Positions 37,531 to 44,973 of a stretch of 64,000 nucleotides of DNA are shown here, in pieces. Within the stretch, counting starts at the first letter, position 1. Every line of letters starts with the position of its first letter. The position numbers were made by a program, and so were the translations under genes. The DNA is from Bacteroidales bacterium (GTDB lineage Bacteria; Bacteroidota; Bacteroidia; Bacteroidales; GWF2-38-335), in contig JAFGXD010000098.1 in the NCBI GenBank assembly GCA_016936815.1, positions 12,987-76,986 on the forward strand, in the 5' to 3' direction. The notes under the pieces were generated by a model. That model was not told the origin of the DNA, did no database searches, and saw only the letters and a program-made list of their open reading frames with translations.

Positions 37531-37600
37531 AGCTGTTAGCTTTTAGCTGTTGGCTGTTGGCTATGTTTTATAGCTTTAGACTGTTGACTATTAGCTTATT
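37531..37600. repeat. Degenerate short tandem repeats (AGCTGTTRGCT on plus; AGCYAACAGC on the mRNA strand) in the intercistronic spacer
   Basis: agctgttagct / tagctgttggct / gttggct / agctttagactgttgactattagct. On the transcript, CAACAG/AACAG occurs 4 times and AGCUA 5 times within about 70 nt, just before the ATG at 37519. Confidence 0.5.
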
Positions 37601-37623
37601 AATAAATTTCTTAATACCATTAA

Positions 37624-37809
37624 TTATCTACCACCCCTATGCTGGTTACCTCTTCCTTTTCCTGCGCCATTTCCGGCACCACGTCCTCTGCCACCACCAT
37701 TTCCGCGTGTGTTGTTTTCATCATTTTGTGTTGCAGGTTTGCAATTTCCCAAACCTCTTCCTGTTCTTGAACCTTTTCCTTGTGGTCCTGTTCCATCTTG
37801 ATTAGGCAT
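37624..37809 (-). CDS. DUF5320-like G/R-rich miniprotein, first gene of the redox operon
   Basis: MPNQDGTGPQGKGSRTGRGLGNC matches the MP..DGTGP.G.G..TGRG.G.C family signature, followed by a GRG/GNG low-complexity tail. Preferred over the antisense 82-aa ORF at 37557-37805. Confidence 0.65.
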   Translation of the reverse strand: MPNQDGTGPQGKGSRTGRGLGNCKPATQNDENNTRGNGGGRGRGAGNGAGKGRGNQHRGGR

Positions 37810-37901
37810 AATTCCTCCTTTTTAAATTGTTAATATTAACCATTACAGAAATAAAAATAAATCCAAATTTGCAGGATTTTTATTATTTAAGTCTGGCCTT
37901 A

Positions 37902-37909
37902 CAAAGGTA
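37902..37909 (-). promoter_or_regulatory. Candidate -7 promoter box for the redox operon
   Basis: Plus-strand CAAAGGTA is TACCTTTG on the minus strand, 93 nt upstream of the ATG at 37809. Confidence 0.3.
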
Positions 37910-38032
37910 AGACAACAAATTATCTATAGTAAGAAAATACCTTACGAACATATTTAGGGATAAGCTAAGATATCTCAACTTTTTTGTTGAGGTAGATTAA
38001 TATAATTTATTAAGGTATTAGAATTTTATGAC

Positions 38033-38040
38033 TATTTTTG
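38033..38040 (+). promoter_or_regulatory. Bacteroidota-type -7 promoter box for the Crp/Fnr gene
   Basis: TATTTTTG, 56 nt upstream of the ATG at 38096. Confidence 0.45.
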
Positions 38041-38049
38041 CATAAAATG

Positions 38050-38079
38050 TTTGTTTCAACAATAATTCTATGAAACAAA
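38050..38079. promoter_or_regulatory. Perfect 9-bp inverted repeat TTTGTTTCA-N12-TGAAACAAA between promoter box and Crp/Fnr start codon
   Basis: Arms at 38050-38058 and 38071-38079 are exact reverse complements. The position is operator-like or a 5'-UTR hairpin. Confidence 0.35.
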
Positions 38080-38095
38080 TGTAATTTTACAGAAA

Positions 38096-38782
38096 ATGCC
38101 GGTTGAAAAAAGTTGTCTGTTATGCGAGAAAGGATCGAATTGTTTCAGGAAATTAATCCCTGAAGAATTAGAATTTATTAACCGAAAAAAAACTCAAATA
38201 ACTTACTTAAAAGGTGAAAACATGTGTAAACAGGGAGCTTTTGCTTCTTATGTTTTATATATTTCAGAAGGACTTGTGAAACTTTATTTGGAAAATAATA
38301 ATCAAAAAATTACTAATGTTCAATTATTGCAATCGGGCAGTTTTATTGGTCTTTCATCAGTGTTTGGAAAAAATATTTACAATTATTCTGTTGTGGCTCT
38401 TAAAAATTCTGAGGTTTGTCTTATTGAAAAAGAAGGTTTACGAAATTTACTGGAAAAAAATGGTCTTTTTGCTTCCTCGGTAATAAAAAACTATAGCAAT
38501 ACCGAAGCATATTTATTCGAAAAGCTTAAGAGTCTTAGCTACAAACAAATGAATGGCAGAATAGCTGATGCTTTATTATATTTGTCCGATAACAGCATTT
38601 TTGATGAGAATATTTTTCCATATTTAAGCAGAAAAGATCTTGCTGACTTTGCCTGTGTTTCTACAGAATCTACAGTCAAAATTCTTGGTGAGTTGAAAAC
38701 TGAGGGAATAATAGATATGAAAGGAAAAACTATTGATATTCTTGAACCAGAACGACTTAAACAAATTTCGAGATTGGGATAA
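38096..38782 (+). CDS. Crp/Fnr-family transcriptional regulator with FNR-like Fe-S cysteine motif
   Basis: 228 aa. Cys7-x2-Cys10-x5-Cys16 plus Cys108, a cNMP-binding-like beta-roll, and a C-terminal HTH (SRKDLADFACVSTESTVKILGELKTEG). Confidence 0.85.
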   Translation: MPVEKSCLLCEKGSNCFRKLIPEELEFINRKKTQITYLKGENMCKQGAFASYVLYISEGLVKLYLENNNQKITNVQLLQSGSFIGLSSVFGKNIYNYSVVALKNSEVCLIEKEGLRNLLEKNGLFASSVIKNYSNTEAYLFEKLKSLSYKQMNGRIADALLYLSDNSIFDENIFPYLSRKDLADFACVSTESTVKILGELKTEGIIDMKGKTIDILEPERLKQISRLG

Positions 38783-38817
38783 GTAATTCTTTTTGCAGTT
38801 TTTAAGAAATAATTTAC

Positions 38818-39570
38818 CTAAAATAATTTCTGACTTTTATACTGAAGTTCCGGATAAAAAACCGGTTTCTGAATATCAATGCCAATTTTCTCCGTTTGGT
38901 TTGAGCTTATCTGTTTGCCAATTGTAAAAGCTTTCATTTTTTCTGAGTCGAATGGTTTCATAAAATCCCGAATTTCTTCTTCTTTTATATCCTCAACCAG
39001 CCAATCGCATGCTTTTTCAGGCGGAATTATTAATGGCATTCGTCTTTTTAAATTGTGTATTTCTGCCATTAACTCGTTAGCTTGGGTAGTAATAATTGAG
39101 AAAGAATCGATGATTTGTCCTGTTTCCATATTTTTGTACGAATCCCAAATTCCTCCGAAAACAAACATTTCATCGTTTTGCATTGAAATGTAATAAGGAT
39201 ATTTATAAGATTTGGCTCCATTTTTTATTGTGTACCATTCGTAAAAACCGGTGGCAGGAATTAGGCAACGACGACTAATTATAGATTCGGAAAAGGATGG
39301 CTTTTCGAAAACTGTTTCCGCTTTTGCATTTAAAGTGATTTTTCTTATTTCCTCAGCCTTTTCAATATTTGCAGTCCAATTGGGTATTAATCCCCATTCA
39401 AAAAAATTAAACTCATCTTTTTCGGTATTAGTAATAACAGGGCAAGCAATATTTTGAAATCCCGAAATATGGTAATTATCTTCCAGCTTTTTTATTTTCT
39501 CAAGACTAACTACCTTATTATTAATTAAATCGGATGCTTTTGCTTTTACTAGAGCGAAGTGGTAGCACAT
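38818..39570 (-). CDS. SOS-response-associated peptidase (SRAP/YedK family, abasic-site processing)
   Basis: Starts MCYHFAL (catalytic Cys2), with PATGFYEW and RMPLII motifs. Confidence 0.8.
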   Translation of the reverse strand: MCYHFALVKAKASDLINNKVVSLEKIKKLEDNYHISGFQNIACPVITNTEKDEFNFFEWGLIPNWTANIEKAEEIRKITLNAKAETVFEKPSFSESIISRRCLIPATGFYEWYTIKNGAKSYKYPYYISMQNDEMFVFGGIWDSYKNMETGQIIDSFSIITTQANELMAEIHNLKRRMPLIIPPEKACDWLVEDIKEEEIRDFMKPFDSEKMKAFTIGKQISSNQTEKIGIDIQKPVFYPELQYKSQKLF

Positions 39571-39585
39571 AGTTTCTTAAAATTT

Positions 39586-40029
39586 CTAAAAATTATAAAA
39601 GTAACCCAATTCCAAAGCCAACGGAAAAAAGGTAAAGCCGGGATCCAGACCATATAAGGCATATCCAAACAAAAATCTGAACTTCATTTTTTCCTCACCA
39701 AATTCAAATCCCATACCAAGTCCGGTACTTACAAAACCTGAAAGGTAATGCCAACCGTTATAAATTAGCAAAGTTTCTCCTTTCCCAACGGGTATATCGT
39801 AATGGAAACCCAGTGCGGCACTAAACCCGGGCATAAAAGTGAATTGCGTTCCAAATTTCCCAAAATATCTAATATATGAAAAGCCTATTCCGGTTGTTGA
39901 ACCAAGATTAAATCCCAAGTAGTTTTTGTTCTTCTCCAAATGTTTTTCAGGAATTGAATCTGATTCAATCTGACTGAAGGAACAAAAGGAAATTAGCAAG
40001 ACCAGAATTACAATTGCAGCCTTTTTCAT
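39586..40029 (-). CDS. Small outer-membrane beta-barrel-like protein, unknown function
   Basis: 147 aa with a signal peptide, alternating G/aromatic beta-strand pattern and C-terminal ...GYFYNF. Confidence 0.4.
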   Translation of the reverse strand: MKKAAIVILVLLISFCSFSQIESDSIPEKHLEKNKNYLGFNLGSTTGIGFSYIRYFGKFGTQFTFMPGFSAALGFHYDIPVGKGETLLIYNGWHYLSGFVSTGLGMGFEFGEEKMKFRFLFGYALYGLDPGFTFFPLALELGYFYNF

Positions 40030-40042
40030 AGTATTTTAGGTT

Positions 40043-40852
40043 TTATTCACCAAAATTGTAGCACAAAGAAAAATGTGGCGACATGCCCAAATCTCTGTGA
40101 GTGCTAAATGCAAAATCAACTCTGAAATTTTTCAAAACATAGCCAATTCCAAAACTATTTTGCGTTGGATTGGTTGAGATACCGGCTCGTAATAATAAAT
40201 TTTCCACCAAATAAAACTCTAAACCCGACTTAAACACCGGATTGTACATTAGATCTTTTTCTGTTTCTATTGAAAAATAAACTTTATCATCGAAGTTATA
40301 ACCCATACCAAGTTTCATAACAGTTGGTATTTTTTCGCTGTTGTAATCAGCTATTTCCGATTTTGTGGGATTGAAAATATGTCCACCAATAAAAAAGTTT
40401 TCGAAAGGTTCTGCTAAAAAACCCAATTCGGCTGCTATTGTACCTTTATTCCCATATAAATTTGAAATATAGGTGTTTAGATAATCAATTTGTATTCCGA
40501 ACGAAAATTTCTCACTTAATTTCTTTCCAAAACCTAAGCCAATTTTTGTTTCCGAATACTTAGAATACCCGAAATGATTCATGCTTAAACTAAAAGTTCC
40601 CGATTTAATGGGCATAATTCCTGAAAAAGATTTTAAACTATATTCGGATACTGCAAAACGATTTTCGTAATGAAAACCAATGGCTTTTTTCTCCAAAAAT
40701 CCCAATGCTCCCTGATTATTTGTGCTAGCCCACAAATCTTTTAGAGTTACTGCTGCATTGCCCATTCCGGAACTGCGAGCTCCTGTTGGCCAATTTTCGC
40801 TTCTAACCGCTGCAAACGAAATCAGAAAAACTAAAATTAATATTAACCTCAT
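40043..40852 (-). CDS. Outer-membrane beta-barrel protein, PorQ/PorV(FadL-like)-type N-terminal motif
   Basis: Signal peptide followed by TGARSSGMGNAAVTLKDLWASTNNQGALGF, resembling the GAR..GMG.A motif of PorQ/PorV-like proteins. 1-nt overlap with purE. Confidence 0.4.
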   Translation of the reverse strand: MRLILILVFLISFAAVRSENWPTGARSSGMGNAAVTLKDLWASTNNQGALGFLEKKAIGFHYENRFAVSEYSLKSFSGIMPIKSGTFSLSMNHFGYSKYSETKIGLGFGKKLSEKFSFGIQIDYLNTYISNLYGNKGTIAAELGFLAEPFENFFIGGHIFNPTKSEIADYNSEKIPTVMKLGMGYNFDDKVYFSIETEKDLMYNPVFKSGLEFYLVENLLLRAGISTNPTQNSFGIGYVLKNFRVDFAFSTHRDLGMSPHFSLCYNFGE

Positions 40853-41358
40853 TAATTGGTTTTGTGTTTAAATTCAATTTTTGAAAACTCTAAATTAGCT
40901 TCAATTATCTTCTGTTCCAAATTTACTTTAAACTCATCAAATTTCTTTGCTATTTCTGCATCTCCTGTTGCAAGAATTTGAGTGGCAAGCAAAGCAGCAT
41001 TTTGTGCTCCGTTAATTCCCACAGTAGCTACCGGAATTCCGGGAGGCATCTGAACAATTGCCAACAAAGAGTCCATTCCGTCTAATGAAGCTTTAATGGG
41101 CACTCCAATTACAGGTAATGCTGTAAAAGCTGCAATAACACCGGGAAGATGAGCCGCCATTCCTGCTGCCGCAATTATTACTTTTACTCCTCTTGAAGAT
41201 GCTGTTTTTGCAAAAGCTTCAACTTTTTCGGGTGTGCGATGTGCCGATAAGGCATTAATTTCGAAAGGAATTCCAAAATCATCTAGTGTTTTGGCTGCTT
41301 TTTCCATAACGGGCCAGTCTGATGTGCTGCCCATAATAATGCTAACTTTTGGATTCAT
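40852..41358 (-). CDS. purE: 5-(carboxyamino)imidazole ribonucleotide mutase
   Basis: VSIIMGSTSDWPVM, SAHRTP and AAGMAAHLPGVIAA motifs. Confidence 0.9.
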   Translation of the reverse strand: MNPKVSIIMGSTSDWPVMEKAAKTLDDFGIPFEINALSAHRTPEKVEAFAKTASSRGVKVIIAAAGMAAHLPGVIAAFTALPVIGVPIKASLDGMDSLLAIVQMPPGIPVATVGINGAQNAALLATQILATGDAEIAKKFDEFKVNLEQKIIEANLEFSKIEFKHKTN

Positions 41359-41393
41359 GTCGTTCTTTTTTAAAATTTTTGTTGTTCAGCATA

Positions 41394-41401
41394 CAAAAAT
41401 A
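41394..41401 (-). promoter_or_regulatory. Bacteroidota-type -7 promoter box for purE
   Basis: Plus-strand CAAAAATA is TATTTTTG on the minus strand, 36 nt upstream of the ATG (41358). Confidence 0.4.
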
Positions 41402-41431
41402 AACTTAATTTCATGGAATTCATATTAATTT

Positions 41432-41439
41432 TATCTTTG
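41432..41439 (+). promoter_or_regulatory. Bacteroidota-type -7 promoter box ~195 nt upstream of hpt-adk
   Basis: TATCTTTG. The next long ORF start on this strand is at 41635. Confidence 0.4.
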
Positions 41440-41462
41440 CATTTAATATTGAATGAGAAGAC

Positions 41463-41528
41463 TTTACGTTCTGAACTGATTTTGGATGATAAACATCCTG
41501 AGGTACAGAACGTTAAATTTTTATTTTT
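41463..41528 (+). terminator. Intrinsic-terminator-like hairpin inside the hpt-adk leader (attenuator or sRNA 3' end)
   Basis: Stem 41463-41473 / 41506-41517 (8 bp, one bulge, 3 bp) with an inner GGATG-ATAAA-CATCC hairpin (41484-41498), followed by TTTTTATTTTT (41518-41528). No T-run in the opposite orientation. Confidence 0.5.
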
Positions 41529-41634
41529 GAATTTTAATTATTACGAAATGAAACATTAATTGATGAAATTATTAGCATTTTTAGCCTTAATTCTTAATTG
41601 ATGTTCTATTTTGACCTTAATAAAAAACAAACAA

Positions 41635-42756
41635 ATGAAAAGAGTAAAAGTTCTGGACAAGGAATTTTCGCTTAGCATTCCGAGTGCTCAGATACAGGAA
41701 ATTGTTGAGAAACTGGCAAAAAGAATTGAGAAGGATATGAAAGGCAAAGACCCTATTTTGCTGGTAATTCTTAACGGATCTTTTCTTTTTGCTTCCGATT
41801 TGTACCGAAAAATTGATATCGACTGTCAGATTTCTTTCCTTAAACTTGCCTCTTATCAGGGTTCTGCAACAACCGGACAGGTAAAACAGCTTATTGGTTT
41901 AAACGAAAATCTTAAAGACAAAAGCGTAATAGTTGTTGAAGATATTGTTGATACCGGAATTACTCTAGATAATATTATTCGTCAGCTTAAGAGCCACGAA
42001 CCCGCCGAAATTAAAGTGGCTACCATGTTGTTTAAACCGGAATCTTATCTTATGAATTATCCTGTTGACTATGTTGGCATGGAAATTCCTAACGATTTTG
42101 TTGTGGGTTATGGTCTGGATTATAACGGTTACGGAAGAAATCTCGATGATATCTATCAACTTATTGAAACTAAGAAATCTGAAAAACTTAATGTTGTTTT
42201 GTTCGGACCTCCCGGTGCAGGTAAGGGAACTCAGGCACAAAGTCTTTTAAGGGAATACGACCTTATTCACATATCTACAGGCGACATATTAAGAATGGAA
42301 ATTGCCGATGAAACTGCATTAGGAATAGAAGCTAAAAAACGTATAGAAAAAGGAGAGCTTGTCCCCGACAGCATAGTTATTGGCATGATTAGCAGAATTT
42401 TAGATAAAAATGCAAATGCAAATGGATTTATTTTCGATGGTTTCCCCAGAACAAAAGTTCAGGCTGTAGAATTAGATAAACTGCTAAAAGAGAAAGGTTG
42501 GGAAATAAACGTTATGGTTACCCTTGATGTTTCAGATAATGAAGTTGTTAGAAGGATATTAATTAGAGGAAAAGACTCCGGACGAGCAGATGACCAAAGC
42601 ATTGATGTTATTCTTAACAGACTTAAAGTTTATCACGAAATTACAGCACCCGTTATTGAACATTATAAAGCTCACAAAAAATATCAATCTGTTGAAGGAA
42701 CCGGAAACATTGAGGATGTTTTTGCAAGACTTTGCGCCATAATTGATGAGTATTAA
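41635..42756 (+). CDS. hpt/adk: Fused hypoxanthine phosphoribosyltransferase - adenylate kinase
   Basis: The N-terminal half has the PRPP motif VIVVEDIVDTGITL and GYGLDYNGYGRNL. After a short ETKKSEK linker comes a complete short-type Adk (LNVVLFGPPGAGKGTQ from nt 42187, GDILR, GFIFDGFPRT). Start taken at MKRVKVL (the listed ORF starts at 41611). Confidence 0.85.
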   Translation: MKRVKVLDKEFSLSIPSAQIQEIVEKLAKRIEKDMKGKDPILLVILNGSFLFASDLYRKIDIDCQISFLKLASYQGSATTGQVKQLIGLNENLKDKSVIVVEDIVDTGITLDNIIRQLKSHEPAEIKVATMLFKPESYLMNYPVDYVGMEIPNDFVVGYGLDYNGYGRNLDDIYQLIETKKSEKLNVVLFGPPGAGKGTQAQSLLREYDLIHISTGDILRMEIADETALGIEAKKRIEKGELVPDSIVIGMISRILDKNANANGFIFDGFPRTKVQAVELDKLLKEKGWEINVMVTLDVSDNEVVRRILIRGKDSGRADDQSIDVILNRLKVYHEITAPVIEHYKAHKKYQSVEGTGNIEDVFARLCAIIDEY

Positions 42757-43777
42757 GCCCACAAATATTATTCTTAGCCGTACCGATAATCTTGGAGATG
42801 TAATTCTTACTTTGCCTATGGCAGGACTTATAAAGAAGGAGTTTCCCGATTGCCGGGTTTTGTTTTTAGGAAAATCATATACAAAACCTATTATCGATTG
42901 TTGTAAAAATATTGATGAATTTATCGATTGGTCGGTTTTGGAAAATATGAACCATGAAAAACAAGCTTCAGAATTAAAAAAATACGGAGCAGACACCATT
43001 ATTCATGTTTTTCCAAATCCTGCAATAGCTAGAGCTGCAAAAAATGCAAATATTAAAACAAGGGTTGGGACTAGTAGGAGAATTTATCACCTAACAACCT
43101 GCAATAGGCGAATAAATTTAAAAAGAAGAAATTCTCATTTACATGAGGCTCAATTAAATCTTAACTTATTGTCGGTTTTGGGAATAAAAACTGATTATCC
43201 TTTGTTTTCAATTCCCGATTTTTACGGTTTTTCGGCTAAAGAAGAACTAAATTATGAATACAGGCAATTACTTGACCCAAATAAGGTAAAGCTTATTCTT
43301 CATCCCAAATCAAAAGGCAGTGCCCGAGAATGGGGTTTGGAAAACTTTGCTACATTTTTACATTTTCTTCCTACCGAAAAATATCAGGTTTTTGTAACCG
43401 GAACTGAGGATGAGGGTACAGAAATAAGGTCATTTTTAGATGAGTACAGTCATATTGTTACCGACTTAACCGGAAAGCTAAGTCTAATGCAATTAATAAG
43501 TTTTATTAAAAGCTGTGATGTTTTGATTGCCGCAAGTACAGGTCCTTTGCACATTGCAGCAGCATTGGGAAAATTTACTTTGGGGCTTTATGCTCCAATG
43601 CGCCCAATACATCCCGGACGATGGGCTCCCTTGGGAAAAAATGCCGAATATCTTGTTCTTGAAAAAGAATGCAGCAAATGCAAAAAGTCGGAAGATTGCG
43701 AATGTATTAGAAGTATTAGTCCTAACGAGGTTTTGCAAAAACTTGAAAGAAATACCGGTAATTTCTATAAACCGTAA
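42743..43777 (+). CDS. Glycosyltransferase family 9 (heptosyltransferase-like)
   Basis: ILSRTDNLGDVILTLPMAGLIK N-terminus and AASTGPLHIAAALGK motif. 14-nt overlap with hpt-adk. Confidence 0.75.
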   Translation: MMSIKPTNIILSRTDNLGDVILTLPMAGLIKKEFPDCRVLFLGKSYTKPIIDCCKNIDEFIDWSVLENMNHEKQASELKKYGADTIIHVFPNPAIARAAKNANIKTRVGTSRRIYHLTTCNRRINLKRRNSHLHEAQLNLNLLSVLGIKTDYPLFSIPDFYGFSAKEELNYEYRQLLDPNKVKLILHPKSKGSAREWGLENFATFLHFLPTEKYQVFVTGTEDEGTEIRSFLDEYSHIVTDLTGKLSLMQLISFIKSCDVLIAASTGPLHIAAALGKFTLGLYAPMRPIHPGRWAPLGKNAEYLVLEKECSKCKKSEDCECIRSISPNEVLQKLERNTGNFYKP

Positions 43778-43779
43778 AA

Positions 43780-44898
43780 ATGACAAAGTCACTGGAAATA
43801 AAGAACTTTTCAACTTGGTTTAATGAACCAGCTAAAATACCTTTTGTTATAAGCGGTCCATGCAGTGCAGAAAGTTTTGAACAATTGCTTGAAACAGCAA
43901 AAGAAATAGCAGCAAATGGAAAAGTTTGCGCACTTAGAGCAGGTATTTGGAAACCCAGAACCAGGCCGGGATCATTTGAAGGAGTGGGAGTTAAAGGACT
44001 GAAATGGCTTTCAGAAGCAGGAAAAATTACAGGATTAAAAACAATTACGGAGGTTGCCACACCAAAACATGTTGAACAGGCAATTGCTCAAAAAATAGAT
44101 TGTTTGTGGATAGGAGCAAGAACAAGTTCAAACCCCTTTTCGGTGCAAGAAATAGCTGAGGCACTTACTGCTATTGATATTCCTGTTTTTGTAAAAAATC
44201 CGGTTAACCCCGACATTAATCTTTGGATTGGAGCTCTGGAAAGAATAAACAAAGCCGGTATTATTAGACTTGGAGCAATTCACAGAGGCTTCTACCCTTT
44301 CGAAAAAACTGTTTTTAGAAATATACCGAAATGGGAACTTCCAATAGAACTTAAGCTACTTTTTCCAAACTTGCCTGTTATATGCGACCCAAGTCATATT
44401 GCAGGAAACAGACAATTTTTAAGGGAAATTTCTCAAAAGGCTTTAGATTTAAACATGGACGGATTAATGATAGAATGCCACATTAATCCCGACGAAGCTC
44501 TTTCGGACGCAAATCAGCAAATTAGTCCAAATGAACTTAAAAAACTTCTAGAAGATTTGGTTTACAGAAAAGCCGATTCCGAAAACCGTCAATTTTTGGA
44601 AATACTAGACCAACTTAGAAATCAGATAGATTCTTTAGATTCTCAACTACTTGAACTACTTGGCAGAAGAATGGATATTGTGGAAAAAATTGGTGAGTTT
44701 AAAAGAAAAAACGATATTACAATTTTACAATTGCGACGATGGGAAAATATACTAAAAACCCGAACGGAATGGGGGCAGAAATTGGGACTAGACAACGAAT
44801 TAATTAAACAAATGCTTGAAATAATACATAAATCGTCAATTAAGAAACAAGAATTTGTTATGAGAAGAAGAAATGGAGAAAAACACGATGATTGTTAA
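43780..44898 (+). CDS. Bifunctional 3-deoxy-7-phosphoheptulonate synthase / chorismate mutase type II
   Basis: ISGPCSAES...LRAGIWKPRTRPGSFEGVG (class I-beta DAHPS/KDO8PS-like). The C-terminal LDQLRNQIDSLDSQLLELLGRRMDIVEKIGEFKRKN is an AroQ chorismate mutase helix. Confidence 0.8.
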   Translation: MTKSLEIKNFSTWFNEPAKIPFVISGPCSAESFEQLLETAKEIAANGKVCALRAGIWKPRTRPGSFEGVGVKGLKWLSEAGKITGLKTITEVATPKHVEQAIAQKIDCLWIGARTSSNPFSVQEIAEALTAIDIPVFVKNPVNPDINLWIGALERINKAGIIRLGAIHRGFYPFEKTVFRNIPKWELPIELKLLFPNLPVICDPSHIAGNRQFLREISQKALDLNMDGLMIECHINPDEALSDANQQISPNELKKLLEDLVYRKADSENRQFLEILDQLRNQIDSLDSQLLELLGRRMDIVEKIGEFKRKNDITILQLRRWENILKTRTEWGQKLGLDNELIKQMLEIIHKSSIKKQEFVMRRRNGEKHDDC

Positions 44899-44940
44899 TA
44901 ATTTTTTTTAATCGTTTTGTATTAAAAACTATATCAATAC

Positions 44941-44948
44941 TATTTTTG
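44941..44948 (+). promoter_or_regulatory. Bacteroidota-type -7 promoter box
   Basis: TATTTTTG, 26 nt upstream of the ATG at 44974. Confidence 0.45.
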
Positions 44949-44973
44949 CAAAACATTGTAAATACATATTTAT

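Noticed and set aside
37557-37805. 82-aa plus-strand ORF (His/Phe/Leu-rich) overlapping the DUF5320-like gene.
   Set aside because: The minus-strand frame gives the recognisable MP..DGTGP.G.G..TGRG.G.C signature and fits the operon. The plus-strand product is the antisense shadow of a G/R-rich sequence.
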